Source: Callorhinchus milii (lineage: Eukaryota). From it: a stretch of 64,000 bases of DNA. The notes under the pieces are model-generated. The model did no database searches, was not told the DNA's origin, and saw nothing but the letters and a program-made list of their open reading frames with translations. Below, piece by piece: positions 1-12,600 of the stretch (its first letter is position 1; each line of letters opens with the position of its first letter). The stretch lies in the NCBI RefSeq assembly GCF_018977255.1, contig NW_024704742.1, forward strand, positions 87,668,001 to 87,732,000, written 5' to 3'. A program made the position numbers and the translations under genes.

Positions 1-160
1 CTCATCACATTGTTGAGGTACCACAAAGTGTTTCACAAGATTTTCTGTAAAGTGTAGTGACTTTTTTTTGCAGGTGAACCCAGCAGCCAACCTACACACA
101 GCAACAACATTCCACAAATAGCTATGAAGCAAAAGACCCATTTTGTCTGGGAGATTGTTG
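1..160 (-). mobile_element. Degenerate SINE 3' fragment (duplicated at ~11350-11530)
   Basis: Similar to the reverse complement of the SINE body at 36051-36383. The tail aataatccttgcattt is visible at ~11350. Confidence 0.55.
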
Positions 161-593
161 GTCAGAATACTACAAATATGTAGGAAATTAACTATTCCCA
201 CTTTCCTCACTGTTCAGAAGAACGTAAACTGTATCTAACTCAACAGTCAATCCCCTCTGCCTAACCCTCCACCACAGACGTTGGTTCCAACATAAACATT
301 GCCTTAACACTGCATTGGGGACAGATTTAACGTTTGTGTTCAGTTGCTCAGCAGCAGCTTGCTTCCAATTGCCCTAAAGTTATTTAACAAGGTAATTGGG
401 TTCAGGACAAACCAGTCCACCAATTGTCCCAGACATGAGCCTGTTTCCTATCAGAGGAATAAAAGAACACATCAGTCAGTTGGGAGATGTTTGTCTGCTC
501 CCCTTCGGTACTGTTTTTAAAAAAGGAGAAGTTAATATACTTTACAGTAATTGATTTGCAATTTAGACTTCTGCTTTTGGCAGAATCGATGAT

Positions 594-657
594 ATGATTC
601 CTTTGCGATTGGCCACACTGCTGCTATTGGCAGTATGTTTATCCAAGTCAATAGATG
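594..657 (+). CDS. Signal peptide exon ([22 protein letters not shown])
   Basis: ATG at 594, basic residue followed by a hydrophobic core, phase-1 donor G|GTGAGT at 658. A candidate acceptor ttttggcAG at 583 suggests an upstream non-coding exon. Confidence 0.8.
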
Positions 658-3600
658 GTGAGTAAGTGTTGGGTTTAAGATCTGATGTCTAGCTCAGCTG
701 TGAGGGCTGTGCTGGAAACTCCTTTCCTACAGAAAGTAACCCTTGAACGTCTAAATATTTTGTTGCTCACAGGCTCCTGTCTGCTCTCATTCTTGAGAGT
801 AAAACTAGTCCTGATCACTTGACCTGTTCAAGTCTCCACCTTCCTGCTGTGTTGTGGCTTCTTTCCCACCCATTTTAAAATGGTGAGATATTTACATGAT
901 TCTTGGGTTCAGTGGTTGTCGAGCACACGTCCCCATTGTTGTCCATCGCCACCTCGCCTGGGGGGGTGACAAACAACCAGCTGATCCGAAGTACGTTTAA
1001 AAATAGTTTTGTATCTCCAGCAGTGGCTCAATTGTAAGCCCCCTCCCCAGCTGAATCTCCATCAGCCAGGAAGGTACTGGCTTTGATTCCTGTCAGTCAA
1101 TGGTACCTGAGGAAGCTGCAGGGATTGTGCAATTGGCTTTTAAATCCATTGTTGCTGCTATAGCCTGCACTTGTAGTTTTATACTAGTCTTTTGTGCCTT
1201 GCAATGCAAAATCTATTGCAAAAGCCTTTGAAGACCAGATGTGCAGGGATATCTTTCAGTGCATACCTCTTTGAAACACTATGCTGATTTGCAGGCAATA
1301 CACCACTGATTTGCAGCCACAGCAGCTCTTGTGGACCCAATAAAATAGTAGTTTTTGCATTTGATAACAGTTCAGTATCATGATGACTCTTCAACATAAT
1401 GTATGCTTTGTGCTGCTCCAGTTATGTTTGGTAGTCTCTGATCCTCTTTATTGTGTGATTATCATATTTTTCACCCAGAGAGGTGCATTTTTTTTAGATG
1501 GCCTTTAAGTTACCAATTTTCTGATGGGCTTAAAAAACATCTAAGCAAATTCTAATTTTGGCTGAGAGCAGATCTTTCTTCTTAGTATTCTTAGTATTGT
1601 TTTGAAATACAGTAATAATAATAATATTATTAATAATAATAGTGCTGTAAAGCGACTCTATGGACCACTGGCTTTTGTGACAATGAGCCTGATTGGAGTT
1701 CTGATTCTGTTAGGATCCTAGAACATAATCAAGTATGCATTTTTTTTTTAAAAATCTTTTTTTATCCCGAGGTTTACAAATTACGTGTGAGGAATATCAG
1801 TTTCAGTGCAAAAACAGACTCTGCATCCCTTCAGAGTGGAAATGTGATGGAGAAGAAGACTGTACTGATGGAAGTGATGAACATTTCTGTGGTAGGTGAC
1901 TTTAGGGTTAAAGGTGTTCAGACTGACTGGCTGCTTGTATGTTTGAACTCTACATCCATTAACAGTGCTACCAACTACAAACTACTTTTAAATTAGATTG
2001 GATATTCTTCTAATTCAATACAATTTATCAAGCAATCTGGGCTAAAAAGTTGCAATGAACCGTATTTCTATAACCACAACAGAAGATGCTTGTAAATCAA
2101 GCTTATTCTTTGGGGAGGTGCGTGGGCATCTCGTGGAGCTCGACCACTGTTTTTTGCGACAATGAGGTTTGGATTTGTGGAATTAAGACAACTCTTATTG
2201 ACAGAGCTTGAAAGGGCAAGGTTTCTTCCCACTTGCTCTTGTGAACCAACCCTGCAAGCCAAAGTACTAGCAGCTGCAAGTTTGCCAGCCAGCACTCTCA
2301 ATGATGAGTTTGCTGTTTTAGACTATTGAGCTCCAGCAGTACCTCAACCACAATTTTAGGAACCCAAGTCTTGGCTCTCACCAAACTGTATCTAATGCAC
2401 TGGAGAACTGATTAAGTGACGTGTACCTCCAGAGAGTGCATTACTGGTTCCAGATGGAAATTTCCATTTGTAGGTGGCATGCATACGACATTCTGTCTGA
2501 TTTGGTTACTAGTAATGCATTTCTAATTGTGCCAGACACCCAGCTGACCAAAAAAAGGATACTTGCAAAACTAATGAGAAGGCTTTCATAACACAAAGCG
2601 AATTGACAGAAAGTGTGGAAATGTGGATGACAGAAGAGAGTTTCGCTCCCAGGGACTAGGATTGGTTGGGATGAAGTGATGTCCCTGAGTGTTTGCACCA
2701 TAAACACATGATTGAACACAATGAGTGTTGGGATTACATTTATGAAACAGTAGTAAAAATCTGTGCTTTAGAATGGGGGTGGAGGGAGGAAAGAGGAGAG
2801 AGTTGGTATTGTTTAAAAGGTCATTGTAAGAAGGGCAAAGAATTGTTTTGGAAGCACAAAGTATCAAGATGTTGAATCTGTTAGAACAGAAATAGGCCAT
2901 GCAGACAATTAGATTGGCAGTGGAGATGCTATCAATATCTTTATTTCATTATTAAATTAGACCTTTTCAAAAAAATGAAACTATCTTTATTAATGTGGAA
3001 AATAAGTAAATTTTACAGTTTCAATTTTAACTTTTAAAATCGTAATGTGGAACCTCTTTAAAACTAGGATTAGTTGGGGGGGGAAGAGGGGAGAAGCAGA
3101 GGGGCGAATTAGAGGAAAGAAAACAGCTGAGACTAGTTGTCAAACGAGCGGAAGCAACAGATCTCAACCTTACATGGTGAATTTGTCTTTTCCAGCCCAG
3201 TCCACTTGCAGTTCTCTAGAATTCACATGCTCCAGTGGCCGATGTGTTTCTCAGACTTTTGTGTGCAATGGGGAAGATGACTGTGGTGATGGAAGTGATG
3301 AACAAGGGTGTCGTACACCTATCTGTGGGCCACATGAGTTTCAGTGCAAGAACTCTGAGTGTATCCCACTGACCTGGGTGTGTGACAACAATGCTGACTG
3401 CACTGATCGATCTGATGAATCTCGAGACAGCTGTGGCCATACCCTTCCTCCTCCTGTGACCTGTTCTCCGAGTGAAATGCCATGTGATTCAGGAGAATGT
3501 ATCCACCGCCTATGGTACTGCGATGGTGGGATTGACTGCAAAGATGGAAGTGATGAAGCTAATTGTTGTAAGTCGAAAGATCTATAAGCTTTAGGTCTCT

Positions 3601-6600
3601 ACAGGTAAGAAGGGGCACATGACGACAGCTTTGCATAAGAACATAAGAAATAGGAGCAGGAGTAGGCAATTCGGTCCCTCGAGCCTGCCCCGCCATTTAA
3701 TAAGATCATGGCTGATCTTCTAACCTAATTCCATTTACCCACCCTATCCCCATATCCCTTTAAGGGGTTGTTTGTGGGTCTCCTAATTATCACAAGCCAG
3801 TTCTTTCTGCTCTGATTCCATGCTGTTTGATGGGGTTGTTGTGCCAACAATCTGGTGAAAATCTTTCTGAGGAACTATTTGAAGGCTCTAGAACCTCATT
3901 TCATATCTTAGATCTTCATGGGAGTGAGTGGCTTTTACTCAGTAAAATACTGTAATTTGTTTCTGTCTTTAGGACAATCGCTATAGCATCAGATGTTTTC
4001 TGCAAGCGAGGTAACTTCTGGGGATTGCATTATACATTGGGGATTTTGAGCCTTTCTTTGTTGAAACATGGAGGGAATGGTTGTCGTTCAAAAAGAATGG
4101 GGCAAATTGTGAACATTGCTAACCTTTCGCAGCTCTTGTGACTCGTTCTATATAGTCAAGTCTTAACATTCAAATCGTTTGCATGCTAAATATTAATGTG
4201 AGAAGATTTCCTGCAACATTTCACTTCCATTTTTCTATCAGCTGCTCAAACGTGTAGACCAGATCAGTTCAGATGTGGTGATGGCAGCTGCATCCCTGAA
4301 AGCTGGGAATGTAACAAAATGATGAACTGCATTGATGGCAGCGATGAGGTCAACTGCACAAAAGGTAGGTGTCCAATCTGAATTATAGGCTTCAAAAGTT
4401 CAATAAATGTTCTCTCCTGAAACGTTTATCATTCTTTCCTCCAGAAGTTCCAACATGCACAGGGCCTACTGATTTCAAGTGCCAAAGCGGAGAATGCATA
4501 CAAATACACCAAGTGTGTAACCGCTATCTGGACTGCAAGGACTGGAGTGATGAACCCTTCAAAAGTTGCCGTAAGTGTCTTGGGAGTGCTACGGATGTGC
4601 ATCTAGTTTAAAATGTCAGCATCTGTTTTACAAGCATTTGTTTCTGACTAAGCCAATCAGTTTGATTATCAGTGCCTGAGATTCCATACAAAGGTGCTTT
4701 TCCTGAGTATCTATTGGGGTTTTGTGCACTGTTCCAATGTAACTCATGTAAAATGCCTGGATTGCCTTAACTGCTGATAATTACAGTCAGTGCAAGGTTC
4801 TCTTCCCAAGGGAACCTGTATTGAATGACCTTTGTGGGATTTGTCATAAACAGTGCAATGTGCATTTTAATCTTCCAAAACTGAAAACGATGTCTTGTGT
4901 TTCCTCTAAATTCCAGGAAGATTTGGAGTTTTTTTTGGGGGGGTGGGGGAAAGGGAAGAGAGGAATCCTTAAGGATTCCGATATGGTCTACTTCCAGAGC
5001 AGCCTTCTCATGGGTCCGTTTACCATGAGTTTCAGTGTGCATTAGACTCAAATACGTGCACTAGTCAGTGCACAGTTTCCACAAGCATTAACCTTTTGCT
5101 GTAATTCAATTCTAGAACTCGTTTGGGCTTTCATTCCCTTTCCTTGTGCCCCCCTTCACCGGGTGTAAAACCAGTTGTTTGAGTAAAGAGGGAGTATTAA
5201 TTTGACCAAAGTGCTGCTTGGGTCATGTGGTAGGTATATGATGGGTCAAGCAGTGATCAGCTTTATTCTTCCTTGATCCTTTTAATCTGCAGATGTGAAC
5301 GAATGCTTGGACAACAATGGTGGCTGCTCTCACCTGTGCAAGGATCTTCCCATTGGGTATGAATGTCATTGTCCTGATGGCTTTGAGTTGATTGACCAGA
5401 AAACATGTGGAGGCAAGTCAACTAACCCTTTGTTGTTGTTGTTAACTAATGGTACAAACTTACTTCTTTTCATGACGATAATGTTATAAACTTGCTCCTT
5501 TCATGAACCTCTTCCATTATAGATGTCGATGAGTGTCAGAAGCCTGGAACTTGCGGTCAAATTTGCATCAATCTGAAAGGAAGCTATAAATGTGAATGTC
5601 ATACAGGCTATCACATTGATCCAACCACTGGAGTTTGCAAGGGAATAGGCAAGTAGAAAGTTAAGGAAAGTCCAAGTTCTCCCTGCCAGGATATTAGTGG
5701 GTAATCTGTTGTTTTTAAGGTAAGGAATGGAAACCTCTCTAGCCTTCTCCTCTTCCCCAAAGAAAATGTACTTCTGTGCCTGAAAACCGTGCAGTAATTA
5801 ATCTTAGCATTCTTCTCTTCTCTCCCCCGAAATACTCTTCACTGTCTGCCCCATACCCAATGGTTCTCCCACTGATGGTGGGGGCGTGAAACAGTCTGCA
5901 GTCTTGTTCCCACCCCAGCTGTAGTTTCTATTTAAATCCTCAACTCCAAATGCTACAAAATATTCAAACCATACCCTTTCTGTATCTCCAATCCTTTAAT
6001 ACCATGGTACTTGCAGCTTTTGTCTTTTGATCTTCAATCCTTCTACCATGTAGATTTCCTTCTACCACATAAGATTTCAACACTGTCATCCTCTTTCTTG
6101 TCCAACTCCCTCATAGAATTGTATTTGACATGTAGTGTCCCAAACAAATATGTAGGACGGTGGAAGATGAACTGAATGGATCTTGATCTTTTGCCTAGCA
6201 AATTCTTATGTTATGTATTTCTCCATTCAAAGTTTGACTTCCTGTTGTATTACTCTACTAGGAACAGAGCCTTATCTATTCTTTACTGATCACCACGATA
6301 TCAGGAAACTAGGACTTCACAGCAAGGAGTACACAAAGGTAGCTCTGGAACTGAGAAATGTGATATCGCTAGACACTGATATTGCTGCACAAAGAATCTT
6401 CTGGGGTGATTTGGGACAGAAGACAATTTTCAGGTAATGCAAACACTGTGGATTTAAGAATTACTATAAACTGTAACGCAGAGATAATTTATAAACCTGT
6501 TAACCTTCTCAGGTGCAGTAGTTGATACAGGTAGATACTGGCCAACACTCACCAGTTAGTTCTTGTATTACCCTAACCTAATTATCTGCCTATCTGCTGT

Positions 6601-9600
6601 TGGACCGACTTATCTTAATTTTTGGATGCACTGTCAACTGCTTCCCTGACCTGTTTTTCAAATATTGGCAAATCTAATTTGGAACCTGTCTTGTGACAGA
6701 CGTCAAGATCCCTCATAAAATTTGTTAGCTATTTTCTTTCTAGAGAATAGTTAATGGAAGGTTAACTGAATGGACCCGAGCTCCTGTGGATCCAGTAGAA
6801 AGGCTTCCTCCAGCTCATGTGCAAAGTCCAGGATCAAGCAGTGAGGTGGATTTGTGGCAAACACGGGAATCATTTGCAAGGAGGAAGGGTGGGCTCTGTT
6901 CTATACAGACCCTGGAGGCTGTTGACTTTCCAGTGGGCACAACTGCTTGCCAAGGCTCCTCACAGTATTGCAGGTGCCTGGCTCATCAGCAAGACCTGGA
7001 AGGGCAGACCAGTCACTGGTGACAGGGACTCTTCCCACTCAGCTCCAATTAACCCCTGCAAGCCAAAGCCCTAAGACGAAGGGTGGTTCTAGCTAGCAAG
7101 AAGCAGACAAGCTTGCAGTGCTATCAATGGCATACTATGGGGTTTTAGCTGATTGTACCCAATGCACACTTTGAGGTCTCCAAATCTTGGCTCTTGCCAG
7201 AATGTGCCTAATGCTTTCTGGAATTAGGTAAGTTGAATTAGGTAAGGAGGGAGAGAGAGCGTATTCCCTTCCAAAAGTCTATCTCTGGAATTTCTATGTG
7301 GAGGTGGGATGCTTGGAGCTCCATTTAGTTTGGATATTCATAAGCACGGTGATTGGTTTCCACATGACACCTGGCTGACCCCAAAACAATCTTTCTAGAG
7401 AAGATATGGCATAATTATGTGTCCTCATCTTAGAAAGAGGTTACTATCTGATAATGGCATGGTCATATGTAACTCATTTCAACAAACTGATCAAATACGG
7501 TTCTGTTGTAGCAAATGCACAAATAGCTTTGCCATTAACTTTGGTTGACTCCATCTTTTCATTGAAGTCTGAGACTCCTAATTTAATGTGAACATCTCAA
7601 TCTTTAAGTATGTCCATAGATAAACAAGAAGACAATCCCAGTGTATTCCAAGTTCTTAAGGGTTCCCATATTCCTGTGGGCATTGCTGTGGATTGGATCT
7701 ACAAGCACATCTACTGGACTGATGCCAGCAATAAAACCATATCCGTGGCTACCTTTGATGGAATCAAAATGAAGATTCTCTTTGACACTGACCTCAGGGA
7801 GCCATCTTCTGTGGCAGTTGATCCACTATCCGGGTACTGATGGTTTATATCAAATTATGTATCCACAACCTGTCTTTCAACATATATGATGGTCTCTATA
7901 TTAGAGGCAATTAAGCACCTTGGGCAGCCAGGTGGCTAATTGAGAGCAAGTCTAGTATACAGTCACAAAAGCTTTTATACTAGTTCTCCTTTCTTGCCAT
8001 ATTTTGTTCATACTGTTTATCTCATCTTTTCTTCCACCACAAAAATACCAAAGTGGAGAGGAAAATGTGCCGCATTCATTACTTCATTATATAAGACAAT
8101 GAATTGGTGGCTCTAGAAAGGCCCACACTTTTATATTGTTATAGTTCTATATTGGCTAGGTATACACTATAGGCTGTACATACACTGTACTGGTTGCTCT
8201 GCCTGTATATACACTGTGTGCACAAGGGAATAACTAGATAAAGATGTAATAAGTAAATGTGCAGTTGCTGAACAAATTTCCCAAAGTTTTATTGCTGCAA
8301 GTGATTGGTGCATTGTTCTCTTNAAAAAAAACTAAGTGGCTAGTTAAATTAATGGCTAATCTCATGTGGAATGGTCCATTCCACCTAAATCTAGGGCTCT
8401 TTTTGATGTAAGCTCATCTGTGTATACCACTGAACTGTAGTCCAGGCAGTCATTGGCTTCCTCTATATATAATGGAAGGTGCTTAAGCATCCTTTATTCG
8501 TCTTGCTACTAGTTGTGGGGAATTTGGGTTTATTTTAATGTATACATCAATGTATCCTAAAATTAAGTCTGTGTGCCCCATGATGTTTGTCAGTTTAGAT
8601 GTGGGGAAGGAAAACACCTGGAGTTTGTGCTAATTCACTGATATACTTTTATGTCGAAGGTTCATTTACTGGTCAGACTGGGGTGAACCAGCAGTAATAG
8701 AAAAAGCAGGGATGAACGGTGTTGATCGTCAGCTCCTGGTTACCCAAGATATTCAGTGGCCAAATGGCATTGCACTAGGTGAGCAGAGTGCTAAAGGTCC
8801 ATTTTTTTCCCAACATTTGGATTGTCAAGTTGTTTCTTTAAGTGATTGCTCCCTTGTCTACAGACCTTGTGAATAGCCACCTTTATTGGGTTGATTCAAA
8901 GGTACACAGCCTGTCATGTGTAAGCTTAAATGGCCAGGATAGAAGAACCGTGCTACAGTCTCAGGAATTCCTTGCTCATCCTTTCAATCTCGCAATATTT
9001 GAGGTAAGGTTCATGTCCTTCAGGTGTGAATGTATGTAACTTTGAATTGAAGTAATATTCCTGGTGAGTGTTGGATGAGCAGAATACTTATTCCTTTGCA
9101 CTGGTCTCTGGTCAACTTTAAAAGATAGTGGACCATTTATGTTCATTACAGAAATTTGTCCATCAATACTTCAATATATTGAGTAGATCACAGCATGCTA
9201 GAAAGCCACCCGATGCTCCTTCAAGCCTCTGGTTGTCTATGTGTCCAAGTTGTTAATGTTTAAAGTATATTGGTTGTATGGTGAAGGAAAACCCAAATCA
9301 CTCCCTGTATAATGAAGGAAGTGGTCTGATATCTTAATAGCCATGAGAAGAGTAGAACTGTGTGGATCTGAAGCATGAGACACCATTACCCATACTTTAC
9401 AGATGAATTTGGAACTAAACATGTAGATATAAAAGCAGCAACGTGAAACGCGACTACAAATGTAATCTTGTTTTTTGTTGTTGTTGTCATAGAGGGGTTT
9501 AATGGACCATAATATACACTACTTCAAATGCAATACTTCCTGGCAGTCTATAGAGCTGATATACCACTTCAATCAAAGAAGGAATGTTAGTGGGTGTTAG

Positions 9601-12600
9601 GTCTTGAAATGAAATTGATTTTGTTCGCAGGATCATGTCTTTTGGATTGATGGAGGGAATGAAGCTCTCTTTCGAGCCAGTAAACTAACAGGAGAGAATG
9701 TGGTGACTTTAGCTTCCAACCTGAAAGAACCTCGAGACATCATTGTGTACCATGAACTAATTCAGCCACCTGGTAAGAGCTCGAGCTGAAACATTTAATG
9801 GAATCAAACTTGATTAAAAACATCTCAATTTGTAAATCCTTGACATTTCCTCATTGTAGCACATTGTGTGGCTCTTCCTGAAGATAACCTGTTGAAATGC
9901 TATTATCTCAACTGTGCCTGGCTTCAGATCACACTTGCAAGACATTCCTCTTTGACTGTGCCTGCAGTCACCTGTTCCCTCCTCTTCTGGGCTCATCTTA
10001 AACTCTGCCATTGTTGTACACTCTGGCACTGACCCGTGTGATGAATGCTATCCAACTGGAAGCTGTATCAATACTGTAAATCAACTTAACTCAAACTCTT
10101 AATAACTAAGGTATGAGGGCACCTTGCTCCAGATGTACTTGAAACCCATACAGTATTTCTTGTATTTATTGATCATCATAGCACTTCTTTCCCTTTTTCT
10201 TAGCCCCCCCCCCCCCCCACACACACACACACAATTCACCCTTTGTCCACATTAATAGGACAGTTGTTCTCTCCAACCACTTTAACCAGTGTTTCATGTC
10301 TTCACTATGGGAACATCCATCGAGTAGGTTATAGCAGATCAGTTCTTGTTTCTGCAATCTATTTTTGTTCGGGCACAAATTTAGTTTACATTATTGAGCA
10401 GTTTGATTAGAACGGTGCTCCAGACAATCTATTGATTTTTGTCCACAGGCATAAATTGGTGCAATGACGGTGTTACGAATGGAGGCTGTGAATACCTGTG
10501 TCTCCCTGCTCCTCAGATCAACACTCAGTCCCTAAAATACTCCTGTGTGTGTCCCTCGGGGATGCAGTTGAAGGCAGGTGGACAAGTGTGTACAAATGGT
10601 AGGTTCTGCACTTCTCAACAATTCAAAGAAGATAATCTAATAACCTAGATAAATTCAACTGCTGGGTGATATACAGTAGGCCACATCTATGGAGCAGATA
10701 TTGATATTGCAGTAACATTACTTAATATTTCTCCTCAGAGTCGTCTATTGCACTCATCAAGGTGTAATTTGTGGTAACTTGTGTTCCATCTCGAAAGAAA
10801 TGGAAGTAAGTTTTGCTGACTTGCAGGAGTGCTGCAGTGTTGGAGCAGAGTTCCCGTGAGACTTGTAACTTGTTACCAAAAGGAGTCCCTGCTCGGTTTT
10901 CTTAAATCCCACTCAATCACAGCACAGACTTCATTGTCGTAAGGCGTCTAACACTTACATATTTCAAACCAATAACAGACAGAGTACTTGCAATGCTTTA
11001 CATAGAAAGAGAAGCTGCATTATATTCATTCAGATTCAGTTTAATGCATTATGCAGGAAGGGAAGCCTTTCTAAACAGTTCACACACAATGACAAGAGTA
11101 ATCTTGAGAAAGCCTATCGAAGTTATAAAGATTTGCAATTTTGCCTGTTTCAGTAATTTTACAGTAGAGTATTCTAAACTGCAGCTTCATGGTTTGTGTA
11201 AATGGTACAGTCAGCAAATAACACCGATCATTATTGGCTCTAATTAGAAAATGAATTGTATTTCTCCCATGTAACTGGTTTGTCAACGTTGTGTTGATCG
11301 GTTTCTCCACATGATGTGATAGTTGACAAGCATATAATAATATAATCAATAATAATCCTTGCATTTAATGTAACGCCTCATCACATTGTTGCGATCTCGC
11401 AAAGTGTTTCTGTAAAGCGTAGTGACTTCTTTGCAGGTGAATGCAGCAGCCAATCTACACACAGCAACAATATTCCACAAATAGCTATGAAGCAAAAGAC
11501 CCATTTTGTCTGGGAGATTGTTGGTCAGAATACTACAAATATGTAGGAAATTAACTATTCCCACTTTCCTCACTGTTCAAAAGTGAGTTTACTGAATCTA
11601 ATTCAAAAGTCGACCCGTCTGCCTCACCCTCCCCACAGACGTTGGTTGCAAAATAGACATTGCCCTAACACTGCATTCGGGACAGATTTAACATTTGTGT
11701 TCAGCTTCTCAGTTGCTCAGCAGCAACTTGCCACCAATTGCCCTATGCTATTTAACAAGGTAATTGGGTTCAGGCACAAACCAGTCCACCAATTGTCCCA
11801 GACATGAGCCTGCTTCCTATTAGAGGAATAAAAGAACACAGCAGTCAGTTGGGAGATGTTTGTCTGCTCCCCTTCAGTACTGTTTTAAAACAAACGGGAA
11901 AAAGTTGATATACTTTATAGTAATTGATTTGCATTTAGATTTCTGCTTTTGGCATAATCGATGATATGATTCCTTTGCGATGCATTTGATAACAGTTCAG
12001 TATCATGGTGACTCTTCAACATAATGCATGCATTGTGCTGCTCCAGTTATGTTTGGTAGTCTCTGATCCTCTTTATTGTGTGATTATCAGATTTTTCACC
12101 CAGGGAGGTGCATTTTTTTTAGATGGCCTTTAAGTTACCAATTTTCTGATGGGCTTAAAAACATCTAAGCAAATTCTAATTTGGGCTGAGAGCAGATCTT
12201 TCTTCTTAGTATTCTTAGTATCGTTTTGAAATACAGTAATAATAATAATAATAGTGCTGTAAAGCGACTCTATGGACCACTGGCTTTTGTGACAATGAGC
12301 CTGATTGGAGTTCTGATTCTGTTAGGATCCTAGAACATAATCAAGTATGCATTTTTTTTAAAAAATTCTTTTTTTATCCCAAGATTTACAAATTACGTGT
12401 GAGGAATATCAGTTTCAGTGCAAAAACAGACTTTGCATCCCTTCAGAGTGGAAATGTGATGGAGAAGAAGACTGTACTGATGGAAGTGATGAACATTTCT
12501 GTGGTAGGTGACTTTAGGGTTAAAGGTGTTCAGACTGACTGGCTGCTTGTATGTTTGAACTCTACATCCATTAACAATGCTACCAACTACAAACTACTTT

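Noticed and set aside
3216-3541. Antisense and alternative-frame ORFs over LDLa exons (also 14494-14819, 37819-38040, 47563-47832, 58815-59211)
   Set aside because: Shadows of the + strand coding exons, recurring only because the exons are duplicated.
10204-10232. Poly-C/(CA)n and other microsatellites (1611-1640, 56487-56501)
   Set aside because: Ordinary simple repeats; no spacer-repeat or CRISPR-like structure anywhere in the window.
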